64,000 bases of DNA. Origin: Camelus ferus (Eukaryota). Numbering within the stretch: position 1 is the stretch's first letter; the number at the start of each line of letters is the position of its first letter. The stretch lies in assembly GCF_009834535.1 (NCBI RefSeq), contig NC_045697.1, positions 115,074,001-115,138,000 of the forward strand, written 5' to 3'. Both the position numbers and the translations under genes were made by a program. Shown here piece by piece: positions 13,076 to 24,790 of the stretch. Below the pieces are notes generated by a model that made no database searches, was not told the DNA's origin, and saw only the letters and a program-made list of their open reading frames with translations.

Positions 13076-14229
13076 ATTGAACTTTAATTAATATATCAAA
13101 ATGCAAATAAAAATGACAATGGCTTCAGTGAATAGTTTGGCTGCTAAATAGATGGAGATCTGTGAATATAGCCATTAAATTATAATACTTGTTCAACATC
13201 ATTAACTTTTCCTGCTGTTGTATTGGTTCTGTGACCTTAGAAATAACATGATTTAACACAGTGACCATGGAGACACCGTTTCGTCTCTCGAAATGGAAAT
13301 CATGTCCCTAGATAGCTATATTTCTGGATTGGTTGAAATGTTCTTTTCACAATAATCACTATTTGTTACCCATTATTTTGATTAAGTGCCAAGGACTGTT
13401 CTCTTTTCATTTAGAGCATCACAGGGAAAGATGTATATTTCTCCAAACACAATCATCATTCAGCTCATGATGTGGACAGACTAGGAGCTTTGTCGTGTGT
13501 TTATTTAATGAATATTAAGGAATGAGAGATTAGGAGTGTTTGCTTTTGTTTGTTTTATTTTCCTAATTGTTGGCATTGTAAATTAGTCCACATGGTAGTA
13601 AAAGAATGGGACTACATAATGCAAAATAAATAGGAAATGGAGTTAACATTGTGTCTGAGCTTTCTCATACACAAATAGATTCATATTTTTGTCACTAAAA
13701 ATTTAATGCCTATATATTATAATACATAGTCATAAACATTCATATTAATAGTAGAATCAACATTAAGCTATTTTCTCCTAGTGAATTTCTAACACGTAAA
13801 TTAGATCAGCATGTTTCAATTCAAAAATGTGTGCAGGCTTAAAAGTGTGTCACTATCCCTTAAATGGTCAGAAACAGAGTTGATTTTGCCAAAAGTGAAC
13901 ATTTATTGCCATCAGATGGCATTTCCCTAAAGGCAAACCTAATAAGGCTCAATAATATTTATCGTAAAAATTATTTTAGCATTAAACAAGTCTCTAAGCA
14001 TTTCAGAAACTATTTTTCTGAACTAGAATAATACAGAGCAAGGTCACAGATAATTGTTCCTTTTCCACTTTTTTTTTTTCTTTTATGCCCGAGTACATTA
14101 TCTGATGGAATGGTTTTTATCATTGAAATTTTATTGGAAGGGATTTTAAAAATCCTTTCTGGAAACAATAATCCTTATTGCACAGTGTTTGAAAAATCTA
14201 ACCTCTATAAGACTGAGGGCAAATATTAT

Positions 14230-14350
14230 GCAAATAAAGACCAAAAGAATGGCTGTGACTGTGAAACCTTCCTTCAAAGACCTTCAGTTGTGCTGAGTTA
14301 ACACTAAAGGTCTTTGAGAAGCACGGTCTCCCAATGCATTTAACTCTCCT
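14230..14350. mobile_element. Possible hAT-Charlie MITE remnant (MER103-like) with internal hairpin
   Basis: Inverted repeat tcaaagacctt (14274-14284) / aaggtctttga (14307-14317), followed by gaagcacgg, resembling a Charlie-type end. Confidence 0.35.
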
Positions 14351-14505
14351 TTGTGGTACTAGAGGTCAATTGAAATACAGCAGTTGTCCACATAACTACA
14401 TTAAATAAGTTGGATCTTGTAAGTGTTTTTCTTGCCATCCAAAGTCACACGGCAGACTCAGTTTAACTATTTAAACTGAACACTTTTCTTTTGTGTCCAC
14501 CTAGA

Positions 14506-14686
14506 CCAGGGGTGACAAACCACAGGCTGTGGGCAAAATCCTGTCCCCACCACCTGTCTCTGTAAATAGTTTGATGGGAACACAGTCACACCCACTTGCT
14601 CATCACTGTCTAGATCTGCTTTCCCATTACAGTGACAGAGCTGAGCGGTTGCAACAGACACCGTATGGCTTGTAAAGCCTAACATA
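14506..14686 (+). mobile_element. MER58A-like hAT-Charlie DNA transposon (non-autonomous)
   Basis: caggggtgacaaaccacaggctgtgggcaaaatcc...tgtaaatagtttgatgggaacacagtcacacccacttgctca...gcagttgcaacagacaccgtatggc-type motif...aaagcctaa matches the MER58A pattern. Confidence 0.85.
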
Positions 14687-15074
14687 CAATAAATATGCTT
14701 CTAATATTTATAATTATTTATCTTATATATTTGTATTCTCTAGGAGAGACTAGCTTAATGCTGATTCTGCTATTAACAGGAGTATGTATGTAAACACATG
14801 GCTATTAAAATTTGCAAGACAAAAATATGAATATATTTGCCAGGAGAAACTCAAATACATGATGTTAACTCTATTTCCCATATATTCTACATTACCTAAT
14901 CCTATTCTTGTAATACCCACTGACGAAATTACAATACTAATGATTTGGAAAAACATAAATTAAATATATACACAAATATACAAATTAAACTCAATATGTA
15001 AAATAAATGTACATAAAGTAGATAAAGTATCATCTGGTCCTTTATCTAAAAAGTCTTCTGAACTCTTAAGGGTT

Positions 15075-18000
15075 CAAGATGGCAGTGCTGGAAGATTCTG
15101 CCCTCATGTCCCCCCGTAGACACAACAAATTCCAAATCTCTATCACACAACAAACTCTAAATCTCCATCTGGAATTACTTCCTCAGAAGGGGACTTGAAA
15201 ACTGAATCACAGAGTCTGCACAACACAGGTTAAAAGTGCAGCATCGAAATGGTCAGGAAAGGCAGAGATGTGATCTGGCAGATAAAAACCAAACCCCAAC
15301 TGTGGCAGTTCACACTTGGGAGGGACCACAGTGGCACAGATATTTTCCCTAAGGAACGAGGGGTTCGAGCTCCACATCGGGTGCCCCAAGCCCTGAATCC
15401 TGTGCAGGGGAGATGCGCCTTTCCAAACAGCTGACTGGGAACCACTGGGGAAGACGCCTAAGAAAACGTCAGAACTGCAGGAGATGAAAAACGCACTTCT
15501 AAAGGTCCTGCATGCAAAGCCACTCAGCCTGAAACCAGCGCAAAACCCCAGGCTGGCAAGACTGCGTGCACACTGTAGATGAAGGGGGCCTAGGAACTGG
15601 TCTACAAACTGTCTTCTGGAGAATCAGGAACCAGTCGGGATGCTGCTTGGGGATTGAGACACTGATGTGAGCTATTTTTGCAATCTCAGGCTGCCTTGCT
15701 AACACCAGCACTGGCGAGTGCCATCATGAAGTTCTCTATCCTGCTAGCACCAGGGTGTGCATGCGCCCTACTGAAAGCCCCACTCACCCAGGTGTTGGCA
15801 GGGCCTCGCAGCTACCCAACAGACAGCCCCACCCACTAGTGCCTGCAGCTGAAGCCAGAACCAGCAGCTGTCCAGGGACCAGCCCCAGCTACCAGCTTGT
15901 TGGAATAGCCATGAAAGGGTCCCACAGCCAATCTTGGGGTCAACCCTGCAGTCCAGTGCACCCCAGTAGCCACAGCCAGTCATCACAACAAGTCTGAGGC
16001 CAGCCTCACCCAGAAGCACACTATACCAGCCACAGCTGATCAATACAACACAATACATTAGACCCAATAGGCTTAATATATACAGAACATTCCATCCAAA
16101 AGCAGGAGAGCATTACTCTTTTCAATGAACATGGACAGTTCTCTCAGGTTAGATCAGCACTTAAGTCATAAAACAAGTCTCAATAAGTTAAGAAAAGTTG
16201 AAGTCACACCAAGCATCTTCTCTGACCACAATGATATGAAATAAGAATCAATCACAAGAAAAAAAAGAAAAAAGAAACCAACAAAACACAAGAACATGGA
16301 GATTAAACAACTTGCTACTGAACAACCAATGGTCATTGAAGAAATCAAAGGAAAAATTAAAAATTGCCTAGAGAAAAATGAAACCAAAAATACAACATAC
16401 CAAAACCTATGAGATGTGGCAAAAATGGTTCTAAGAGGGAAGTTCATAACAATACAGGCACATCTGAAGAAACATAAAATTTTCAAATAAAGAACGTAAC
16501 TTTAAATCTAAGGGAAATAGAAAAAGAACAAACCAAAGTCCAAGACTGAATCACTGAAGAAAGAGAAAAATCTGAATATACTGATTACTAGTGAGGAGAT
16601 TGAAAAAGTAACCAAAAATCTCCCAACAAAAGGTCAGGACCAGATGGCTTCACTGGTGAATTCTACCAAATATTCAAAGAAGATTCAATACCTATCTTTC
16701 TCAAACTCTTCCAAAAAATTGAAGGGGTGGGAAATCTTACAAACACATTTTACAAAACCAGCATTACCCTGATACCACAACCAGACAAGACACCACAAAA
16801 AAAAAAAAAAAAAAAAAAAAAAAAGAAAAGAAAATTATAGGCCAATACCCTTGATCAACATAAAATCTTTGACAAAGTGTTAGTGAACTGAAACCAACAA
16901 TATATTAAATGGATCAAACACCACAATCAAGTAAGATTTATTACAGAAATGTTAAGATGGTTCAACATCTGCAAATCAATTAATATGATATACCATATTA
17001 ACAAAATAAAGGATAAAAATTATATGATCATCTTAATAGATACAGGGAAAGCATTTGACAAAATTCAACATTCATTTATGATAACAAACTCTCAACAAAG
17101 TGGGTATAGAAAGAATATATCTCAACATAACAAAGGCCATATATGACAAACTCACAACTAACTCCATGCTCAAAGGTAAAAATTTGAAATTATATCTTTT
17201 AAGATTCAGAATAAGATAAGGATGCCTACTCTTACTACTTTTATTCAACATAGCATTGTAATCCCTAGCCACAGCGACTTGGCAAGAAAAAGAAATAAAA
17301 GACATACAAATCAGAGAGAAAGGTAAAACTGTTACTATTTGCAGATGACATGGTATTATATAGAGAGAACCCTAAAGACTACCAAAAAAAACTATTGAAA
17401 CTAATACATTAATTCAGTAAAGTCACAGGATACAAAATCAGTATATAGAAATCTGTGGTATTCCTATACATTAATTAATGAGAAAGAGAAATTAAAAAAA
17501 AAACATGATTTACAAGGCTTAAAAAAGAAAAAAAAAAGGCCTAAGAATAGATTTAACCAACAAGGTTAAAGATCTGTACACTAAAAACTATAAGACACTG
17601 ATAAAAGAAAATGAAGAGGACACGAATGTAAAGACAGTCCATGTTTATGGATTGGAAGAACTCATATTATTAAAATACCTGTATTATCCAAAGCAATCTA
17701 CACATTTAATGCAATTCCTATCAAAATTCCTGTGACATAATTTCATAGAAATAAAACAAATAATTTTAAAATGTGTACAGTACCACAAAAAAATTCTGAA
17801 TCTTTTTTACAAAAGCTTCTGAAGAATAAAAATGGAGATATCACACTTCCTGATTTCAAACTGTTCTACAAAGCTATAAAAATCAAAATAGTATGCTACT
17901 GGCACAAGAACAGACACACAAATCAATGGAACAGAATTGAGAGCCTAGAAATAAACCCATAAATATATGGGCAATTAATTTACAACAAAGGCACAAAGGA

Positions 18001-19290
18001 CATTCAATGGAGAAAGGACAGTCTCTCCAATAAATGGTGTTGGGAAAATTGGACAGATACATATGAAAAAGCAAAACTAGACCACTGTCTTACACCCTAT
18101 ACAAAAATTAACTCAAAATGAATTAAAGACTTAAATGTAAGACCTGAAACCATGAAATTCCTAGAAGCGAATGTTTCCAGTAACCTCACTGACATCGCAA
18201 TGATATTAGCAATGTTTTTGTGGATCTGACTTCAAAGCAAAAAGATAAACAAATGGAACTACATCAAACTAAAAAGCTTCTGCACAGCAAGAGACACTAT
18301 CACAAAAACAAAAAGGCAACCTACTGAGTGGGAGAAGATATTTACAAATTCCGTATCTCATAAGGTGTTAATATTCAACATACATAAAGAACTCACACAA
18401 GCTCAGAAACAACAAAAATCAATTCAATTAAAAACTGGGCACAGTATGTGAATAGACTTTATTTTTCCAAAGAAGACATACAAATGGACAACAGACAGGT
18501 GAAAAAATGTCCAAGGGCACAAATTATTAGGGAAATGCAAGTCAAAACCACAAAGAGATATCACCTCGTACCTGGTAGAATGGCTGTTATTGAAAAGACA
18601 AGAAATAGCAAATGTTGGAAAGGATGTGAAGAAAGAGAAACTTTTGTACACTGCTGGTGGGAATGCGAATTGGTGCAGCCAGTATGGAAGACAGTATGGA
18701 GGTTCCTCAACAAATTAAGAATAGAACTACTATAACCCATCTATTCCACTTCTGAGTATTATCCAAGGAACACAAAAATACTAATTTAGAAAGATATATG
18801 CACTCCTATGTTCATTGCAGCATAATTTGCAATAGCCAAGATACGGAAACAATCTAAGTATCTGTAGATGAATGCCTGGATAAATAAGATGTGGTGTATA
18901 TACACAATGTAATATCATCCTGTTATTAAAAAAAATAATGAAATCTTGCCATTTGTGACAACATGGCTGGACCTTGAAGGATATTATGTTAAGTGAAATG
19001 TCAGAGGAAGAAAGACAAATACCATATGATTTCATTTAGAAGTGGAATCTAAAAAACAAACAAAATAAACAAAAGAAAACTCAGAGATACAGAGATTGGA
19101 TTAGTGGTACCAGGGGGGAATGAAGTTGGGAGGTGGGCAAAAATGGGCGAAAGGAAGTCAACCGTATGATGATGGATGATACCCAGACCTGTGGTGGTGA
19201 CCAGTTTGTAGTGGGAACAGATGTCAAATTATACTACTGTTCACCTGAAATATTAATAAATTATTAATTTATTATTAATAAATTAATAAA
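15075..19290 (+). mobile_element. LINE-1 with intact termini but internal deletions (5'UTR fused to ORF2; ORF1 absent); ORF2 decayed
   Basis: Starts caagatggc (YY1-type motif); GC-richer 5'UTR to ~16035. EN motif FSDHN 16218-16232, RT LFADDMVLY 17335-17361, C-terminal CWKGC..HCWWEC in ORF 18448-18735. Laurasiatherian-type 3'UTR and AT tail; candidate 7-bp TSD aagggtt (15068-15074 / 19291-19297). Confidence 0.92.
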
Positions 19291-20227
19291 AAGGGTTTGC
19301 CAATCCAATTTAGACTATTCATAAACAGTGTTGAAAGTAAAAATTATAGACATAATCAAAAACAAAAATCTAATCTTTCAACACTTTACAAAATCCCAGG
19401 AAAGAACTAAAACTTTTAACTTGTTTAGTATTTTATTTTAACATGTTTTGTGATACTAAAGCTGAGGAAATTCAAAAACATGTTTCTGTTTTTCATAATC
19501 AGTATCTAAATGTATTGTGGTATTTTATCCTTTATACTCAAATTGTGAAGTTTCTTTTACTTGAAAAGTGACCCTTTAGACATTTCATATAAAGCATACA
19601 TAAGCATAAATCTTAGAAAAATATATAGAAGTCATCTTATTCATCTTAATTGGAATTTTATGTATGTAAAAAATTAAACAGTACAAGTTAAAAAGTGGTA
19701 CTCTTGAAATAACTAATTTGACACACATTATCTTTTATTCAAAACTTAATGTTTAATTCTTTTTCAGGAGATATTTCCTTTGCGGGATTTGACATAGTCA
19801 CATGCAGATCTGGAGAGAAACATTGTTTACAGCTAAGAATTTTCAGAGTTTAGCATTATGCTATTTATAGTAATGTTTGTTACTTAATGCTATAAATTTG
19901 CAACAGAAAATACAGTTCCTCCATTTCTAAAAATCAATACTAATTTAGAAAAAGTTAAATTCACCATTATTAATGAAAATTCCTCATGCCCGAAGATGAT
20001 TTTAAGTGACTTAATTTCAAATTACTCTTCTGATACATAGATTACTTTTTAAAATATATTGCAGAACATATACCATTCTTCATTTAAAATTTTTGGAATG
20101 TCTTTTTATGGATTAAATCATATGGACCCATAATAATTAGAGAACAATGACTATCCCATAAACTATGAGAAATGGGACGGAAGTTGAAGGCCAGTTAGTG
20201 GGAATGATCACTTCCTTTTTTCCCCTC

Positions 20228-20330
20228 CAGTTCATTTCAATTAACTAATGTTGATAAAGAACCCACTGATGTCAGGCACTGCATTAATTAGAGATGTAGT
20301 GATTAATAAATCATAGTCATGACTACCCGA
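20228..20330 (-). mobile_element. L2 3' end fragment
   Basis: ttcatttcaattaac...cccactgatgtcaggcactgcattaattagagatgtagtgattaataaatcatagtc is an antisense L2 end. Confidence 0.45.
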
Positions 20331-23244
20331 GCCTTTCACTGTATTTTAAATATGAGAAATTGGCTTACATTGTTGTACTCTAACAGGTCTATAAATAATA
20401 ATGTATCCTGGAAAATACGGCAACTGAGGGCTTGGCTTCTCCAGAAGAATACCAACAGCATGCAATATTCATTTAATTTAATAGTTTCATTATTATGTAT
20501 ATATAATCCAGTATTATGTTGTGATGTCTTATGTAACTTACTAAGTTATTAAGTGTCAAATATCAAATTAATTCTCTGAATTCAAAACTACAATGATTCC
20601 ATATTGTATTATATATATATATATATTATATATATAATTGTCCTTTCTATATCTGGACTCATGTTTCAGCATCTTATGCATGAAACAAAAGGCTTTCCCT
20701 TCCTCAGTAACTGCAATAAATACAGAGAAATAAAGAGAAGACACACCCAACATTTTTAGAGCACACATAAGTTAGAATTGATTCAGTATCTGTGAATGTG
20801 TAAGAAAACTTGTAGATCACACTTGTGCAAATACTTAGGCATTATCATTCTTAAGACACATGTTAGATTCTCCACACCATGAACACGTATGGACCACTTC
20901 AGTTACATTTTATTCAGAACCAAACATATGAATTTTGTTCTTTACCCCATTTTATATACTCATCAATTCCCCTTTCCTCTTATCTTTCTCCTTCCATCAC
21001 AGAAAAAAAAAATTATTCCTGTATTTCTAGGTGCAAAATCATTAATTTATGAGCAAGACTGCTGACAACAATCTAAGCTCATAAAGTTTTCCTGCAGAGA
21101 ATTTCATTTCTCAAAGGAATTCTGATACCAGCTACTAAGTTCATAAAATTCCCATTCGTATAATTACTAAATGTAGACAGTGCACTGTTCTATGAGATGC
21201 GTAATAAAGGAAGCTTGTTACTTATGGAAGAAATGTCTTAGCTGTTTTCTGAAGGCTAATCAGATGCTGCACACTTACTTGAACACACTTAACACTCAGG
21301 AAACCATGATGTTTATTACACAATCCTTAGCCAAGAACAGACACATTCATACAACATCTCCTCTGACTTGATAAAGTCCCAGCTCTCTGGTCTTTTGGCT
21401 GCCCTGACCATACCTGGAGTGTAAGTTTCACTAGAGACAGAAAACAACACAGCAGAGATAGGATTATGGGATTTCTCACAGCATCAGGCAATTAGAAATC
21501 CTTCTGAACCAATGGCCAGCCAGGATGACTCAAAGTCAGTTGGTGGTAGCATCCAGGAAGAGAATTAATCTAGGTGCAGTTTTCTCAGAACTTTATGGCC
21601 CAGAGCTTTCTTAGTATCATGGTAATTTTTTTCTTGGATTTCCTAAGCCAAAATAAGTATCTCATAGTTTTATTATTACGCATATATTATGCATGCATTA
21701 CATATGTATAGATTATGCATTTATACATTATATATAGTCGTTCCCGCCTTATGTTGTGATGCCTATGCAACTTAAGTATTTACACCCTCACAACTTAGCG
21801 TTTATTTGGCGAACATTAGAATCCAGTTAGACACAGACACCCTTATTCCTTGTTCCACATTGCTTCTCATGGCACTTGTTTTTTATTATAGCAACTGATG
21901 GGAAAACAGCTTTGTAAGGATATGACACAAGCATTGCACCCAAAAACTTAAGTTACAGCAGTGAAACAAAGTAATCTTATTCAATTTAATTTTGAAGGTT
22001 TATCTTTTTTTTAAAAAAAAAAAAGGTGTGCATTTTGTTCTAGTGTAATTAATTGAATTAGGACTAGAGTTAATCTGTTTTTACATTTCTGATATTTAGA
22101 TTTAGACTTATTTTTAACAGGCCCACAACCAAGAATATCAGCAATATTTGTTCATAAATTATTAGTACTCTTTAAGTTATTTTCTTTTTTTAGTGCATAT
22201 TTTCCAGGAAAATTCTCCTTATCATGAGAAGCACTAGTTTCAGTGGGAGAATTTTTATTTAAATTTGGGTATTTCTAGTGCACAATTTCTATTTGCCTTT
22301 TTTTTTTTTTTTTACTTATATAGATTCTATATATGAGACATAATAATATTCATTAATTGAAACAGACAAATCTCATTATTTACATTCAAAACAAATACTG
22401 AGAGCCTATATAATCATTAAACAGACAAAAGCCAAGGAAACTTTTCTTATCAAAATATCTTATAATACTTCATGACTGCCTTTTGGATTTCTTCTTTTGT
22501 CTCAGTGAACATTTTTCTTTTTGTTGTCCTCATCACCTGGTCTACTCTGAGACTTGAAATCAAGTACCCAGCAGCTGTTTTCCCAAAGGTTTCACCAGCA
22601 GTATTGAAAGATTTGGGATAGCCCTCTTTCTTCATGATTCCAAACATTGTGAGGGTTCCTGGCTTTACAGGAAATGAAATTTTTACCACCCATAGGACAG
22701 GTAATCCCCAAGGCACAGAACAGGTACAAGTTTGAATAGAACTTTACAGACACTATAAAATGATGCCTTAAAATACTTAATTGAATGCAATTTATCTTTT
22801 AGTGTTATACTTCCATCATCTTCAGTTTTATACACCCTGTTTATATGATGATAGCCTGGTATGGAGGACAGCTGATTTATGCTGATTTGTGCAAGCAGCT
22901 GTAGCTACATGAAAACAAAATAACTATAAAATACCTGACAACCATTCTGAGTAGTTTTGCAAACAAGTTCATCAATGCATGTATCACATTTTTGACACCC
23001 TCACTATGAACTCTGGCAATGGCATTGTCTGCAAATAACAATTTGATTTTTCACAAGTGTGTTACAACTAGAATTAGGAAAATTTAACCCAATGCATTTT
23101 ATCGAAGGACAACAGTGGTTTCTCTAAATGTAGCTCTTATTATAAGAACTTGCAAAATTGAGGATTGCAAGTTAAAAAGGAAAGGAAAAGGACCTTTACC
23201 GTATGCCTATTGGAAAATAAAATATTTTAAATAATACCTCTTGA

Positions 23245-23568
23245 CACAAATGAGCTTATTTACGAAACAGAAAGAGACTCACAGACACAGAAAACAAATT
23301 CATGGTTACCAGGGGATAAAGGGGTTGGAAGAGGATAAATTGAAAGTTTGAGAATTGCAGACACTAACTACTCTACGTAAAATAAACAAGTTCCTACTGT
23401 ATAGCAAGGGAACCATATTCAATATTCTGCAGTAACATATAATGAAAAATATGAAAATGAATATATGTTTATATACATATATGACTAAAATATTATGGTG
23501 TACACCAGAAATTGACAGAACATTGTAGACTGACTATACTTCGACTAAAAATAAATAAAATACTAAAA
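23245..23568 (+). mobile_element. 5'-truncated L1 3' UTR (camelid/cetartiodactyl type)
   Basis: cttatttacgaaacagaaagagactcacagac...cctactgtatagcaagggaaccatattc...tgtacaccagaaattgac; TSD aaataatacctcttga (23229-23244) / aaatgatacttcttga (23569-23584). Confidence 0.9.
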
Positions 23569-24578
23569 AAATGATACTTCTTGATGTTTCTTCTAGTCTT
23601 TGACTTCTAATTCATGGCAGGACATTGAGGCTAGTGGTAGAGAAGAGGGGAAGTCGTCAGATGATGACAAGACTGAAGGGCTCCGTTAATTTCCCAGTAA
23701 AGTGGTAGAGAAGGGGGAATGTGAAGTTGCCTATCGGGGGTGTAAGTTGAGGCCATAATAACAACCATTTCATAAATATGCAGAAGGCTTCATGACAGTG
23801 CGTACATAGGGGGCCACAAAATTCATCTGTAAAAACAGTATGTGTGCAGATATTAGGAGGTTAAGCTTCTCTTTAGATCTAGGAAACACATTGTTGGGTT
23901 ATTTTTTCCTCACTTTTAAGCTAAGTACTTATTCCTAAGTAATGCAAAGACGGCATGAAAGGCAAGCGACCCTTTGAAGAGTGCACCTTGGAGTTGAACA
24001 AAGCAAAATCTCTACTATTCACATAAACTATAAAGAAAACAAAAGTTAACTTTTCTGTTTATAAAAAGAAAATGTTTATCCAAATAACATGCTGTAATGA
24101 GCTCCCAGGGTTCTCCACTCTATTAAATGTAAACTTCTCTGTTTTAGAGAAACTAACATATGCCTTAATACATCTGTTAACTCCACACATGTACTTACAG
24201 CCAAGTAATTAATAGTAGATATCATTTAAAACTTTAATTACAGAATTCTAAACAGGTTCTTTCAAGAGATGTTTTATAACAATATCTGTTTAATACAGCT
24301 ATTTTACCTTGAATGTTATGAAGAACTAACATATTTGCGTAGAGACAAGGTCGCAAAGATAACAACGGTTTTATGGTGACAGTATTTTTTTCATCTATTC
24401 ATTTAAATTCTTTAAAAATATTGCTAATTAGTAACTTCACATAATGTTAGTTCAAATACCTACAGTCCAGTAGATAAAGTACATTACCACAGAACTAATA
24501 CACTATTTTTTAATAATATTACCTTTATTTCCATGGTTCCCTTATATGCATTTTATAATTTTTTTACTATCTTAGGTA

Positions 24579-24790
24579 TTTTTCTTCCAATTCTATTGAC
24601 ATATAATTGGCATACAGCACTGCATAAGTTTAAGGTGTACAGCATAATGATTTGACTTACATCATGAAATGGCCACAGTAAGTTTAGTGAACATCTATTA
24701 TCTCATCATTTGCAACTGTTTTCTCCCAGTCCATAGGTTGTCTTTTCATTTCGTTTATGGTTTTCTCTGCTATGCAAAAGCTTATTGTTA
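24579..24790 (-). mobile_element. L1 fragment: 3' terminus joined directly to an ORF2 C-terminal piece
   Basis: tattgacatataattggcatacagcactgcataagtttaaggtgtacagcataatgattt (antisense 3' end) abuts tttgcaactgttttctcccagtccataggttgtcttttc...gcaaaagctt (antisense ORF2) at ~24708. Confidence 0.75.

Noticed and set aside
16166..19035. Several ORFs with real protein similarity
   Set aside because: They are fragments (sense or antisense) of the decayed L1 ORF2, not host genes.
19755..19860. Acceptor-like ttctttttcag followed by a short open frame (GDISFAGFDIVTCRSGEKHCLQ)
   Set aside because: No good GT donor before the stop and no recognisable protein.
21735..21830. Tigger-like terminal sequence (tatagtcgttcccgccttat…)
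   Set aside because: No matching second terminal inverted repeat found; too weak to call.
22450..22716. 88-aa minus-strand ORF (…GYPKSFNTAGETFGKTAAGYLISSLRVDQ…) near a T-run at ~22298-22313; possible retrocopy or exon
   Set aside because: No protein I recognise, non-ATG start, no canonical poly(A) signal or TSD, and an L2-like fragment intervenes. A BLASTx would settle it.
22846..22950. C-box (ATGATGA) with downstream CTGA motifs; possible C/D snoRNA
   Set aside because: No terminal stem and no recognisable rRNA/snRNA antisense element; such short motifs are common by chance.
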